Origin: Candidatus Pacearchaeota archaeon
GTDB lineage: Archaea; Nanobdellota; Nanobdellia; Pacearchaeales; GW2011-AR1
DNA: 64,000 bases
Direction: 5' to 3'
Assembly (NCBI GenBank): GCA_050124795.1
Contig: JASFEO010000001.1
Location: 26,723-90,722, forward strand
Positions 38,052 to 47,903 of this stretch are shown piece by piece. The notes under the pieces were generated by a model that was not told where the DNA came from, ran no database searches, and saw only the letters and a program-made list of their open reading frames with translations. The translations under genes and the position numbers were made by a program. Position 1 is the stretch's first letter. Each line of letters opens with the position of its first letter.

Positions 38052-38099
38052 ATAATTGATTACAATAATATTTATAAAAAGTAAAATTCTTATTTAATT

Positions 38100-38381
38100 A
38101 TGTTAGCAGCTGGCAAAGTTAATAATGAACTTTATCGTTTTATTTCAGATCCAAGTTTTGATTTGAGGTTTGATGAGAAAACAGAAAACAGAGGTTTCTA
38201 TACTATCCCTCTGATGATCTATCTAAAAGGTAGAAGAGCATTAGAAACTGCATTAAGTTATGACAAATGCAAACAAAAGATAATAAATTTACCTGAGGAA
38301 TTGAATTTTGATGATGGGCATAGGCGCGAACTTTCAGGTTATATAACTTGCTTAGTTAATCAGGAAAATCAAAAACAATAA
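38100..38381 (+). CDS. Hypothetical protein
   Basis: 93 aa intact ORF. Confidence 0.3.
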   Translation: MLAAGKVNNELYRFISDPSFDLRFDEKTENRGFYTIPLMIYLKGRRALETALSYDKCKQKIINLPEELNFDDGHRRELSGYITCLVNQENQKQ

Positions 38382-38585
38382 TTTTATTAAGTATATTTTC
38401 CTGTATAATTCATGACAAAAACAAAATTCCCAGTTCTCGCAACACTTTTATTAATATTCGGAATTGTCTGGCTTGTTAATGTTATTGGTTTTGCAAATAT
38501 TAGTCTTCCATGGCTTCCTGTAATTTTAATTGTTGTTGCAATTGCAATGATTGCAAATCGTTACAGATAAATATTTAAATTAAAT

Positions 38586-38981
38586 TTAAAACCAATTCTT
38601 AAAAAATTCTTTTTTTGGTTTTACAACTCTTCTTCTTTGTCTTGAAACTGACTTTTTTCTAAATGATTTTGTTCTCATGAATGTTGCTGAGACCTGAACA
38701 GGATGTTCTTCTTTAGTTCCCATTTTATTTATCCCGACTGCTGAAGCAAAAATTAAAAACCCGTTAAAGAATGCGACGACAAAGCCAGTCCAGTCAACTT
38801 TTGCAATAACTGCAACCATAAATGCAAGACCAAAAGAAATCGCAAATGAAAAATACTTTCTATAATCATCAAACTTTTTTCCAAATAAATATCCAAGCAC
38901 ATTTGGCACTACAAGTGAAGCAGCTGTCGCGCCCTGCAAACTCAGCAAACTCTGCAATGTAAAAAGTGAATCCAGCATCAT
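38586..38981 (-). CDS. Membrane protein (3 TM) with basic C-terminus
   Basis: Hydrophobic helices plus KKSVSRQRRRVVKPKKEFFKNWF. Confidence 0.4.
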   Translation of the reverse strand: MMLDSLFTLQSLLSLQGATAASLVVPNVLGYLFGKKFDDYRKYFSFAISFGLAFMVAVIAKVDWTGFVVAFFNGFLIFASAVGINKMGTKEEHPVQVSATFMRTKSFRKKSVSRQRRRVVKPKKEFFKNWF

Positions 38982-39065
38982 TTTCCTCTTTTAATTAAAT
39001 AGTTATTAATTATTTATAAACCTATCTTAATATTTTATAAAATCACAAAATATAAAAAGATATGA

Positions 39066-39518
39066 TTGCTTAAATTAATAATGTGTTTTAAAAGCGAAGG
39101 GATAAATAATCGGTCGAGAGTTATTGATTCTGTGAAATCTGATTTCTCCTATAAATTTGAAAATATAATCAAGAGATATATCTGGGGGGATAGTGAAAAA
39201 AGAGTTTTGGCAAAATTATTTGCTGATTACATGGATAATATGAATCCTAAAAAAAACAGTCTTTTAACAAAATATATTTGGAGGCTGAATAAAAAAGGAT
39301 ATGACATAACCCCGCTTAATCTTTTGCTTGATGAACTGGAGAATTACAAGGATTTTCTTCTTCCAAGAAAATTCACACATATTAAAAGAACAAAAAAACA
39401 ATTCCCAAACCCTGCAATTTACAGAAAACCAAAACAGGGAACTCTGGAAAAACTCTCAGAAAAAATAGATCCAAAATTGCCAAGAGAAATTATGGATACT
39501 AAAATTCCATTAAATTAA
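39066..39518 (+). CDS. Hypothetical protein
   Basis: 150 aa; abuts next ORF (stop/start 1 nt apart). Confidence 0.35.
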   Translation: MLKLIMCFKSEGINNRSRVIDSVKSDFSYKFENIIKRYIWGDSEKRVLAKLFADYMDNMNPKKNSLLTKYIWRLNKKGYDITPLNLLLDELENYKDFLLPRKFTHIKRTKKQFPNPAIYRKPKQGTLEKLSEKIDPKLPREIMDTKIPLN

Positions 39519-39519
39519 A

Positions 39520-39945
39520 ATGCAACCAAAACATTCTTTAGAACAACTCTACGCTGCCGAGGATTATTTCTCAAATCTAAAATTAGAAGATATCCCTCAG
39601 GAAATTAATCCCAATTCAACAAAAGAATTTTTTTTATTAAAAAACATGACAGGAATTTTTGCTGATTGCTCAAGAGAGTTGCTGGATGAAGGACTAGAAA
39701 AAGTCCAAAGTAGAATAACTAAAGAGATATTCAATATGAAAAGGAGAAACAACACAAGAAATCTTTCCCAGATTCCAGGTCTTATTTTAAGATCCCAAAA
39801 AATCCTCGAATCTCCCCCAATTTATGCAATTACGAATTCAACTAATGAAAAATCTTATGAAAATTCGAGAAGACTGATTGCGCAGCAGCACATTGAACTT
39901 TTAGGCGAATTCATGAAGGCATATAATTCTTATATTGAACTTTAA
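39520..39945 (+). CDS. Hypothetical protein
   Basis: 141 aa. Confidence 0.35.
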   Translation: MQPKHSLEQLYAAEDYFSNLKLEDIPQEINPNSTKEFFLLKNMTGIFADCSRELLDEGLEKVQSRITKEIFNMKRRNNTRNLSQIPGLILRSQKILESPPIYAITNSTNEKSYENSRRLIAQQHIELLGEFMKAYNSYIEL

Positions 39946-39981
39946 TGTAAATTATATAAACTTGCAATACTTTTTCTAGTT

Positions 39982-40518
39982 ATGAAAAAACTTTCAAGAA
40001 AAAGAAGTGAGGAAATTTTAGAAAAAATAAAAAAAGCAGGTGATGCAAAAAATTATGAAACTTTCTGGAATGAAAAAGGTGTCCCTGTTTCTAAAGAAAA
40101 AAAGAAAATAAAAAAAGGAAAAATTTCAAAAGCACGCGGCACAAGATTTGAATTAAAAGTTAGAGAAGACTTAGAAAACAAAAATTATACAGTTGACAAA
40201 TGGTCAAACAATGTTGATTTGGAAAAGGGAAAAATAGTTTCAGCAAAAAGAAAGTTTAATCCTTATTCGCGCGTCATGACAATCGGAACAGGCTTCCCTG
40301 ACTTTATTGCAATTAAGCATATCCACGACGAGGTTTATAGTGTGATTGGTGTTGAGTGCAAAATTAATGGAAAGTTATCTAAAACTGAAAAAACAAAATG
40401 CGCATTTTATTTAAAAAACAAAATCTTCTCTTCAATTTGGATTGCTAAGCAAGGTGAAAAAAGAGGAACAATTCAATATGATGATTTTAAAGAAAAATAT
40501 GGAAAGAATTTTTTATAA
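39982..40518 (+). CDS. Hjc-like Holliday-junction-resolvase-family nuclease (PD-(D/E)xK) with basic N-terminal extension
   Basis: ARGTRFELKVREDLENKNY...GFPDFIAIK...VIGVECK matches the Hjc pattern (KG..FERELV..L...G, PD, E.K). Confidence 0.5.
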   Translation: MKKLSRKRSEEILEKIKKAGDAKNYETFWNEKGVPVSKEKKKIKKGKISKARGTRFELKVREDLENKNYTVDKWSNNVDLEKGKIVSAKRKFNPYSRVMTIGTGFPDFIAIKHIHDEVYSVIGVECKINGKLSKTEKTKCAFYLKNKIFSSIWIAKQGEKRGTIQYDDFKEKYGKNFL

Positions 40519-40566
40519 CAATCCAACACAACAAAATTTAAAAAAATATTTTTCCATTAAAACTTA

Positions 40567-41190
40567 ATGAAATTCAGGATGATTATTTTATTTGTCCTTT
40601 TAATTAATGGCATTTATGCAACATGCTCAGAAGGTCAAATTGATATTAACTCAGCCTCCTTAGAAGAACTCGACAAATTAAAATGGGTTGGCCCCACAAC
40701 AGCCCAGAATATAATTGATGCCAGACCATTTAAATCTGTTGACGATTTAATTAATATTTCCAGAATTACTATTGACCGAGTTAATGAAATAAAAGACCAG
40801 GGATTAGCATGTGTTGAAAAATCTAAAGGTGAAAAAGACAAAAAAGAAAATGATAAAGAAAATGAAGAATCAACTTCTAAAAAATCTGAAGAAGATAGAT
40901 CTGAAAATAAAAAAGATGATGAAACAGAAGATGAAGAACATGAAGACAAAAAAGAAGAAAATTCTAATTATGAAGATTTAATTGAAGAGGAAAAAGAATT
41001 TGTCGAGGAAAAGCCAATTGAAACAATAAAACTAAATTCAAAAAATATAAAAACTGAAGATTCTCTTCTAGATAAAGAGCCTGAAGAAAATTTTGCAATT
41101 TGCGGACTAGCGAGTTTCTGTATTTTGCTTGGGTTTTTGTTCAGCATAAAAAAATTAAAATTCAAAAATTATAAAAATGAGTTCGACTGA
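40567..41190 (+). CDS. ComEA-like helix-hairpin-helix DNA-binding protein, secreted and membrane-anchored
   Basis: Signal peptide; IDINSASLEELDKLKWVGPTTAQNIIDARPFKSVDDL matches the ComEA HhH consensus; acidic low-complexity linker; C-terminal TM FAICGLASFCILLGFLFSI. Confidence 0.6.
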   Translation: MKFRMIILFVLLINGIYATCSEGQIDINSASLEELDKLKWVGPTTAQNIIDARPFKSVDDLINISRITIDRVNEIKDQGLACVEKSKGEKDKKENDKENEESTSKKSEEDRSENKKDDETEDEEHEDKKEENSNYEDLIEEEKEFVEEKPIETIKLNSKNIKTEDSLLDKEPEENFAICGLASFCILLGFLFSIKKLKFKNYKNEFD

Positions 41191-41620
41191 AAAAGTAAAA
41201 GCAGCCTTAATAATTGAAGTAATTGGAAAACCCCCTGAGCATTTAACTGAAACTCTTGGAAATTTAATTAAGCAAATTAGCGAGGAAAAAGGTGTGGAAG
41301 TTGTTGAAAAAACAATTCATGAGCCCACAGAATTAAAAGACAACAAGGATTTTTTCACAAGTTTTGCAGAGGTTGAAGTTGAAGTTGAAGAAGTCTTATA
41401 CATCGCAATGCTCATGTTCAAATACATGCCGGCGCACATTGAAATAATTCACCCTGAAAAAATTATTCTCTCAAATTCAGGACTTAATGATATTTTAAAT
41501 GAACTTACAAGAAGGCTTCATGGTTACGACGAAGTTGCGCGAATTATACAAGTTGAAAAAAATATTTTAGAAAAAAAATTAAAAGAACTTATGCCAAAAG
41601 AAGAAAATAAAAAAGAATAA
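41177..41620 (+). CDS. Hypothetical protein
   Basis: 147 aa. Confidence 0.35.
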   Translation: MSSTEKVKAALIIEVIGKPPEHLTETLGNLIKQISEEKGVEVVEKTIHEPTELKDNKDFFTSFAEVEVEVEEVLYIAMLMFKYMPAHIEIIHPEKIILSNSGLNDILNELTRRLHGYDEVARIIQVEKNILEKKLKELMPKEENKKE

Positions 41621-41684
41621 TTCTTATAACTATGCAGGAGTAACAAAATAGAAAGGTTTATAAAGTTTAGATACATGTATTTTT

Positions 41685-42032
41685 ATGGTAGAAGTAATGC
41701 CTGTTTCAGCAAAAAAATGTGGCATGGAATTTAATGAATATATAACACTTGCTCGAAATGTTAATAGAATTAAAGCTTTAACTTCTTTTCAAATAAAATA
41801 TTTAGGAAAAAAAGCATTAGAAGAATTATCTGATGAAGGATGGACAAGTGTGGGTTCACTTATGCAAGATATTCCTTATTTTACAGAGTTCTTTAAATTA
41901 GCAGAGATTCCTCGTCATCAGGGATGTTGTAATATTAATGGGACAAATGTTGTTTTGTTTGGAATTCTTGACTATTTTCTAAGAAATAAAGATTCTCTTA
42001 ATTCTTGTTTATATAATAATAGAAAAAATTAG
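41685..42032 (+). CDS. Hypothetical protein
   Basis: 115 aa. Confidence 0.3.
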   Translation: MVEVMPVSAKKCGMEFNEYITLARNVNRIKALTSFQIKYLGKKALEELSDEGWTSVGSLMQDIPYFTEFFKLAEIPRHQGCCNINGTNVVLFGILDYFLRNKDSLNSCLYNNRKN

Positions 42033-42033
42033 T

Positions 42034-43215
42034 TTATCTCGCACCGCGATATTTCTTTAAGAAAAACCAAACTAAGAAAACAAAAATTGCAATTATAATC
42101 AGCCAACCAAGAACTTTCCCTGTCCCGCTTGTTTTAACTTCCCCGCATTTGCCCAGACAGCAAACATCATCCCTTGCATAAACAGTTTCTCCATTGCACT
42201 TTTCTTCCGCTGAGCAAATCTCTCCTTCTTTCTCCTCGCAGGTCTCACTAACTGAGACAATTTCCTCACCCCCTTTTTCAGGAACATAATCCTTTATAAA
42301 ATTCAAAACTACATCTGAATATTCAGTTAAGTTATCCCCTCTTACAATAATCCTTCCCTCAATTGCTTCCTCGTCAACTGATGAATTAAAACCAATTTCT
42401 ATTTTCACACTTGAATTTTTCTCAATATCATTAAACTCAGAAATTTCAAAAAAAGAATAAGGCAGTAAAGATTCTGAAACATAAACCGAGACATTCTCCA
42501 AAGCCGCTTCTCCTGTATTATACAAATAAAAAATTCTCTTTGTCAAACTCTCAGTTGCCATTTGAACTTCAATTTCCTTTGGCTCAATCTTGAATCCCTT
42601 TGTCTTGAACTCCTCTTTTTTTTCCTCAGAAAAAACATAAACAGGAATATCATATTTCAACCCAGTTGTGTAAACTTCCAAAATATTCAAAGAATCATTA
42701 AAATCCCCAACATCAAAATTCAATTTTTCTATTTCCCCTGATTTTAACTCTGCTGAAGTTTCGTAATTTGTTGAAACAGTTATTTTTTCATCTAATAAAT
42801 TTTGAACCTCAATTGAAAAGTCCTCGCTTGTTACAACAAAGCCCGGCTTAACTGAGAAGTCTGCTGTTTTATTTGCAACTATGAAATTTTTAATAATATC
42901 GTCGTCAATCATATCCTTTCCCTTCATGTATCTCACTCCCTCAATTGCAATTGAATAATTATTCTCAGGCTTATCCAAAAGCGCATAAATATAAAACTCA
43001 TCATTAATTTGCGTCACATCATATTCAACTGAAATCCTCACATGCCCTCGATAAAAAAACACATTCTCTGCTAAAACTGAATCAACAAAATTCCCAGACA
43101 CTCTTGCAATCATTGTTTCCCCTGAATTAAAACTATCTTTAATATCAAATTCAACAGCAAGCGCAGTCTGAATCAAAAGTAAAGTTATCAATAATATTAT
43201 TACACTTCTTTTCAT
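42034..43215 (-). CDS. Type-I membrane surface protein with membrane-proximal Cys-rich module
   Basis: Signal peptide MKRSVIILLITLLLIQTALA; CEEKEGEICSAEEKCNGETVYARDDVCCLGKCGE; C-terminal TM plus KKYRGAR. Confidence 0.55.
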   Translation of the reverse strand: MKRSVIILLITLLLIQTALAVEFDIKDSFNSGETMIARVSGNFVDSVLAENVFFYRGHVRISVEYDVTQINDEFYIYALLDKPENNYSIAIEGVRYMKGKDMIDDDIIKNFIVANKTADFSVKPGFVVTSEDFSIEVQNLLDEKITVSTNYETSAELKSGEIEKLNFDVGDFNDSLNILEVYTTGLKYDIPVYVFSEEKKEEFKTKGFKIEPKEIEVQMATESLTKRIFYLYNTGEAALENVSVYVSESLLPYSFFEISEFNDIEKNSSVKIEIGFNSSVDEEAIEGRIIVRGDNLTEYSDVVLNFIKDYVPEKGGEEIVSVSETCEEKEGEICSAEEKCNGETVYARDDVCCLGKCGEVKTSGTGKVLGWLIIIAIFVFLVWFFLKKYRGAR

Positions 43216-43283
43216 AAATAAATAAGGAAAATTGGGTTAATAAATTTAATTATAAAGGGATAAAAATTTGCAAAAGCGATTTT

Positions 43284-45068
43284 CTATTTTCCAATATCTC
43301 GCAACTTCTTTAAAACATCATCAAGTTCACTTGAAGATTTTTTCTTTGGAGCAGTTTTTACAGGAGGCCTTGCCTGAGGTTTAGAAGGAGCATGCCTCGG
43401 AATAATTCTTCTTGGCATTCTTCTCATGAATGGACTTGGAAATCCTCGTCGCGGAGGACCTCTTGGAGGAGTCTTCTTAAACTTTGAAGTCAGCCTAAAC
43501 CAAAAAGGTCTTAACTTATCTCTTGAAATTATTCCAATTAAAACAAGCACAATTAAAATTAATAAAATCCAAATCCACAAATAACTTTTCTCTTCCTCTG
43601 TTTTTTCAATGCAGCACACTTCTCCGGAATCACATTCATCAACTGTTTCCTGTTCAGACTCTGTGCAGCTTCCCCTGCATATCCCGCCATATTTTTCACA
43701 ATCTGTTTTTTCAACAACTTCCCTGCAATATCCAGGACAGCATTCATCTGTGTCACTCGCTTCAACTGTTGAAGTGCTGCATGTCTCACTTCCTGCGCAT
43801 TCCTTGCCATTTAAGTCCTCACAACTTTCAAGAACCTTGTCTCTGTTGCAGCAAACATTTGAACCTGTGCACGTCGAACTATAACTATACAACTCATCTC
43901 CTCCTGCTTCTTCGCACGCAATACTTGAAATGCAAAAACCATCCATATCAATCTCGCAATCTTCAACTTCTTCGGGCGCCCCAAAAACCTTTGGCCAGAC
44001 TGAATGCAAAATAAATGCAGTATTTTTTATATTCCCTTTCCAGCATCCCTGATTATCCTGCGTCTCAAGAAGCCAGTCCTTTGAATCTGTTTTTTCACTC
44101 GGTTCCTCATACTGAAAAGGATAAAGCGCAACTGCAGTGTCATAAAATTTGTCACCCGATTCCTCCCAGTAACTTCCCTTTTGCTTTTCCAATAAATCAA
44201 TTCTGTAATCAGTATCATCAGTTAACATATACAAAAATGCTTCAGGAAGAAATCTCGAATTCCCTTCGCTCATTGTAATTATATATGGCATATATGACGA
44301 AGTTTCATATCCCAAATAATCAAGCACAAGTGTTGCCCAAAGACTTGCTTCATAATCGCAGCTCCCACTTTCAGTAAAACAAAATGAATCAACCTTTTCA
44401 GTTGTTCTCCCTTCAGAAGATGCGGTGTTTGTCGTTCCTGAAATATATACTTTTGAAGAATCTCTTTTTTTAAATAATAAATTTGTCAAAAAATCCTTGT
44501 CACACGAAATTTCAAATTCCTTTCCATAACATGCCTGTGAAATCTCAAGCCAATAGCCTCCCCGACCTAAACTAAAACACCCGCCTCCCTGATTTATTTT
44601 TTTGTTTGCCCCGACATAAAAAGCATACTCACTTGATTCATAACTTATTGTGCATATCGTGGCCTCAGAACTGTCAATTTGCAAATACCATATAACATCT
44701 GTAGGAGTTTTATTTTGTTTTGTTATCCATTCTTCTGCCTTTGCAGTATCTGCACCAACTTTGTCCAATGCAAGAATTGCCTGTGCAGTTGCCTTTACCT
44801 TGCAGCCTGATTTGGGAAAACACTCTTCATCAACAGAATCTTCTAAAAGTTCGTTTCTGCATTTCCTGACTGCTAGCAACGAAAAAATTTTCTCTTCATA
44901 AGAAATACTATCACATTTGTTTTCTATTTTTTTCTCAAGACAATTATATGCATCCGCCACTTTTGCAGTTTCATTCTCCGCAGCAAGGCTAAACGAGGCA
45001 GCCAAAACAAGCCAAACAACAAAAACCCCGAATAAAAAATTCCTCTTTTTCATTTTAGTTAAAGACAA
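43284..45068 (-). CDS. Type-I membrane surface protein with Cys-rich module and Pro/Arg-rich cytoplasmic tail
   Basis: Signal peptide; CC-containing Cys-rich segment near the C-terminus; TM LWIWILLILIVLVLIGII; tail PPRGPPRRGFPSPFMRRMPRRIIPRHAPSKPQARPP. Confidence 0.6.
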   Translation of the reverse strand: MSLTKMKKRNFLFGVFVVWLVLAASFSLAAENETAKVADAYNCLEKKIENKCDSISYEEKIFSLLAVRKCRNELLEDSVDEECFPKSGCKVKATAQAILALDKVGADTAKAEEWITKQNKTPTDVIWYLQIDSSEATICTISYESSEYAFYVGANKKINQGGGCFSLGRGGYWLEISQACYGKEFEISCDKDFLTNLLFKKRDSSKVYISGTTNTASSEGRTTEKVDSFCFTESGSCDYEASLWATLVLDYLGYETSSYMPYIITMSEGNSRFLPEAFLYMLTDDTDYRIDLLEKQKGSYWEESGDKFYDTAVALYPFQYEEPSEKTDSKDWLLETQDNQGCWKGNIKNTAFILHSVWPKVFGAPEEVEDCEIDMDGFCISSIACEEAGGDELYSYSSTCTGSNVCCNRDKVLESCEDLNGKECAGSETCSTSTVEASDTDECCPGYCREVVEKTDCEKYGGICRGSCTESEQETVDECDSGEVCCIEKTEEEKSYLWIWILLILIVLVLIGIISRDKLRPFWFRLTSKFKKTPPRGPPRRGFPSPFMRRMPRRIIPRHAPSKPQARPPVKTAPKKKSSSELDDVLKKLRDIGK

Positions 45069-45271
45069 ATTAGATATTTAAATATTTACCTTCTGAAAAG
45101 CTGATACTAAAAAAGAAAGATAGAAATTAATTTAAATAACTTATATTAAAAATGGAAAAATTAGAAATAAAAAAGTTTATATGTTTCCTGAGGAGATTGA
45201 AGACTATATCTGGAGGTTGGGAAAATTTAATTTTCCAAAAATTTATAAAGATTAAAGTGTTAAACAGTTTT

Positions 45272-45514
45272 ATGGAAGACAAATTAGGAGTGAATGTTGT
45301 TATTGAACGAGAAGATGTTGGAGGTAAAGATGTTTTTATAGTTTCAAGTCCTGATGTAAATGTTCTTGCCGAGGGCAAAAGTGTTGAAGAGGCCAAAGTA
45401 AAATTTTTAGAAGGATTAAAAATTCATTTGATGCAATTTCCTGAAGAGAAAAATTCTTTAATTGCAGAAAAAGAAAAATATGAAATGCCAATGGTTGCAA
45501 GATTATTTTTATAA
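45272..45514 (+). CDS. HicB/UPF0150-like antitoxin domain protein
   Basis: MEDKLGVNVVIEREDVGGKDVFIVSSPDVNVLAEGKSVEEAKVKFLEGLKIHL follows the UPF0150 pattern; convergent with HicA-like gene. Confidence 0.45.
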   Translation: MEDKLGVNVVIEREDVGGKDVFIVSSPDVNVLAEGKSVEEAKVKFLEGLKIHLMQFPEEKNSLIAEKEKYEMPMVARLFL

Positions 45515-45712
45515 AAATTCTTCCTGTGAAATTCCTGTTATTCTGCAGATTTTTTTGAAAATTCCAATTGTTGTGGGCGGCAAAACAACTGTTAAATGAA
45601 CTTTCCCATTTGAAAGTGTTATGTGACTTCCACCCCTGCTTTTTACTTCATAACCTTTTTTAATTAAGACCTTGATTATTTTTTCACCTTTGATAACTTT
45701 TGGAGTTTTCAT
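45509..45712 (-). CDS. HicA/YcfA-like mRNA interferase toxin
   Basis: 67 aa; KVLIKKGYEVKSRGGSHITLSNGKVHLTVVLPPTTIGIFKKICRITGIS matches the YcfA/HicA pattern. Confidence 0.5.
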   Translation of the reverse strand: MKTPKVIKGEKIIKVLIKKGYEVKSRGGSHITLSNGKVHLTVVLPPTTIGIFKKICRITGISQEEFL

Positions 45713-45785
45713 TTTATCTTTTTAATAATAAAAGATATTTTTATTTAAAAAACTTGTTTCACAAAAAATAGAAATTAAATTTTAA

Positions 45786-47834
45786 CTACGCTAGTAGTTT
45801 ACTTGCTCCATTCTCTTTTTTAAACTTTAAAACATTTTCAACAAAGCCTTCGATTTTTTGCTCGTGACTAACAATAATTAATTGTTTGATATTTAATTCC
45901 TGCAAAACATCACGCATCTTGTCTAACTGCTGTTCACTAAATCCGTCTGTTGGTTCATCTAAAATCACCAAGTCACGGGTTTTAATTTTGCTCATTAAAG
46001 AATTAATAACCTGATTTAAACTAAGTCTATACGCAAGGGCAATCGCAGTTCTCTCGCCTCCTGACAAATACTGATAATCAATTTCATAATCCTGCTGCTC
46101 AATTATCGGCGTGAAGTCGTCGCTTAACCTCACTTCAAAAGAATCTGAAACCAGCATACTAAACCATTCATTAAGAAGTTTTGAAAATTCATGTTTTAAT
46201 TTTATCATTACATTTCTCTCGATAAAAGAAATCAGGGAAACAAACTTTTTAGTAAGCCAATTCTCAACTTTAGTTAATTTCTCTAAATTTTTTTTCACTT
46301 CTTCTGACTTTATTATTCTATTTCTAAGTTCCTCAATTTGATTGCTGAATACAGAAATTTCTTTTTTCAACTCTGCCAATTTAATCTCCGCAATTTTTTC
46401 AAGACGCAAATCATTTTCAAGTTCACTTTTTTTCTCATCAAATAATTTATCAAATTTTGAGAGTTCTGAAAAACTTATTTTCATTGTCTCAACATGCCCT
46501 GCCAATAATTCAATATCTTTATTTAAAGAAATATTTGATTTTTTAATTTCTTCAAGCCTCTCGCTTTTTTCCCTGATTCCCTCAAGACGAATTTTTAAAA
46601 TTTTTAATTCTCCAATTTCTTTTTCTTTTTCAAAAATAGAAAAATTAACTTCCTTAATTTTTTCTGTTATTTCATTTTTTGCAAATTCAAGTTCTTCTGA
46701 TTTATTTTTATTTTTTGATAGATCATTATGCAGGTTATTTAAAACATTGGCGCGATAAACTGCATCAACTTTTTGCAGGCAAGTCGGACAGCTCTCCAGA
46801 TTGGAAATCTTTTGCTTTAATTTTTCATTTTCAGAATTCTTCAAATTTACCGACGCTATTTCAGAATTAATCACAATTTTTTCTTCTTCAGATTTTTCTT
46901 TTTTCTTTTTTAATAAATTAATCTCTTTCTCAAGTTCGCCAATCTTCTCCTCATCGAAATTAATCTCCGACAATTCACTTATCTGATTATTTATATTAAC
47001 AACTAATTTCTCATTTTCTGAAATTGAATTCTTTTTTGTTTTTATCACAATATCTGTTTTTTCAATTTCCTGCAAAATTTTATTTTTCTCTTCAATCTTT
47101 TTCGACAACTCTTCTTTCTCATTTTGAGTTTTTATTCTTTTTTCTTTTTTAGAAAAAACCTCGCGTTCAACTGATGACAAATTAATTTTCAAACTCTCCA
47201 ACTCATTTTCCTTTGCTGTTAAATTAATTTTATCTTCTTCTAAATTTATAGTCATTCCCTCTTTCAATCTTTTTTCTTCTCTTATCTTCGCTGCAACCAA
47301 ATATGTGTTTTCCAAAATTCTTTTATACTTGTCAATTCCAAAAACATGCCTTAAAGTATTTATTCTTGTTTCATTGTCCTGCAAAATTATTTGCTTCATT
47401 TCTTCCTGCGGCGTGTAAACTGTAAACTTGTATAGAATATTTTGTTTTTTTGAAAATTCAGTTGGATAATTAAGAAGTTCAAGAACCCTTGTTTTTAATT
47501 CCGTAACAGAAAGTTCATGCTTCTCGCCATTGATTGTGATTGCGCAATAATCCTGTGAAATTGTTTTTCCTTTTTTTAAAGTTCTCTCAATAATTATTTC
47601 CTTGTCGTCAATATTAAATTCAATTATAACTCCTCCGGCATCAGTTGAGTTTTTTAAAAGTGCAGAACCGCGTTGTCCTGGCTGCAAACCAAATAAAGCA
47701 AATTCTATTCCCAGCAAAATTGAAGTTTTTCCTGAACCAATGTCGCCTGACAAAAGAGTCGAACCTTCTGGAAAATCAACTGTTTCATTTTCATAACTTC
47801 TGATATTATTTAATGTAATTTTTTTTAATAGCAT
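45786..47834 (-). CDS. rad50: DNA double-strand-break repair ATPase Rad50 (short form)
   Basis: Walker A GDIGSGKTS; CPTC zinc hook; signature LSGGERTAIALAYRL; Walker B LVILDEPT; long coiled coils; 682 aa. Confidence 0.85.
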   Translation of the reverse strand: MLLKKITLNNIRSYENETVDFPEGSTLLSGDIGSGKTSILLGIEFALFGLQPGQRGSALLKNSTDAGGVIIEFNIDDKEIIIERTLKKGKTISQDYCAITINGEKHELSVTELKTRVLELLNYPTEFSKKQNILYKFTVYTPQEEMKQIILQDNETRINTLRHVFGIDKYKRILENTYLVAAKIREEKRLKEGMTINLEEDKINLTAKENELESLKINLSSVEREVFSKKEKRIKTQNEKEELSKKIEEKNKILQEIEKTDIVIKTKKNSISENEKLVVNINNQISELSEINFDEEKIGELEKEINLLKKKKEKSEEEKIVINSEIASVNLKNSENEKLKQKISNLESCPTCLQKVDAVYRANVLNNLHNDLSKNKNKSEELEFAKNEITEKIKEVNFSIFEKEKEIGELKILKIRLEGIREKSERLEEIKKSNISLNKDIELLAGHVETMKISFSELSKFDKLFDEKKSELENDLRLEKIAEIKLAELKKEISVFSNQIEELRNRIIKSEEVKKNLEKLTKVENWLTKKFVSLISFIERNVMIKLKHEFSKLLNEWFSMLVSDSFEVRLSDDFTPIIEQQDYEIDYQYLSGGERTAIALAYRLSLNQVINSLMSKIKTRDLVILDEPTDGFSEQQLDKMRDVLQELNIKQLIIVSHEQKIEGFVENVLKFKKENGASKLLA

Positions 47835-47903
47835 TTTCTCTTTTATAATTTAGAAATTTTTTAGTATATAAAATTAGTTGTGATAAAAAATAGCTTTGAG
47901 GTT

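Noticed and set aside
43523-44901. Multiple ORFs on both strands inside the 594-aa surface protein gene
   Set aside because: Overlap a long ORF with clear signal/TM architecture; products are low complexity.
46111-47796. Plus-strand ORFs inside rad50
   Set aside because: Antisense to Rad50; Ser/Phe-rich reflections of the Lys/Glu-rich coiled coil.
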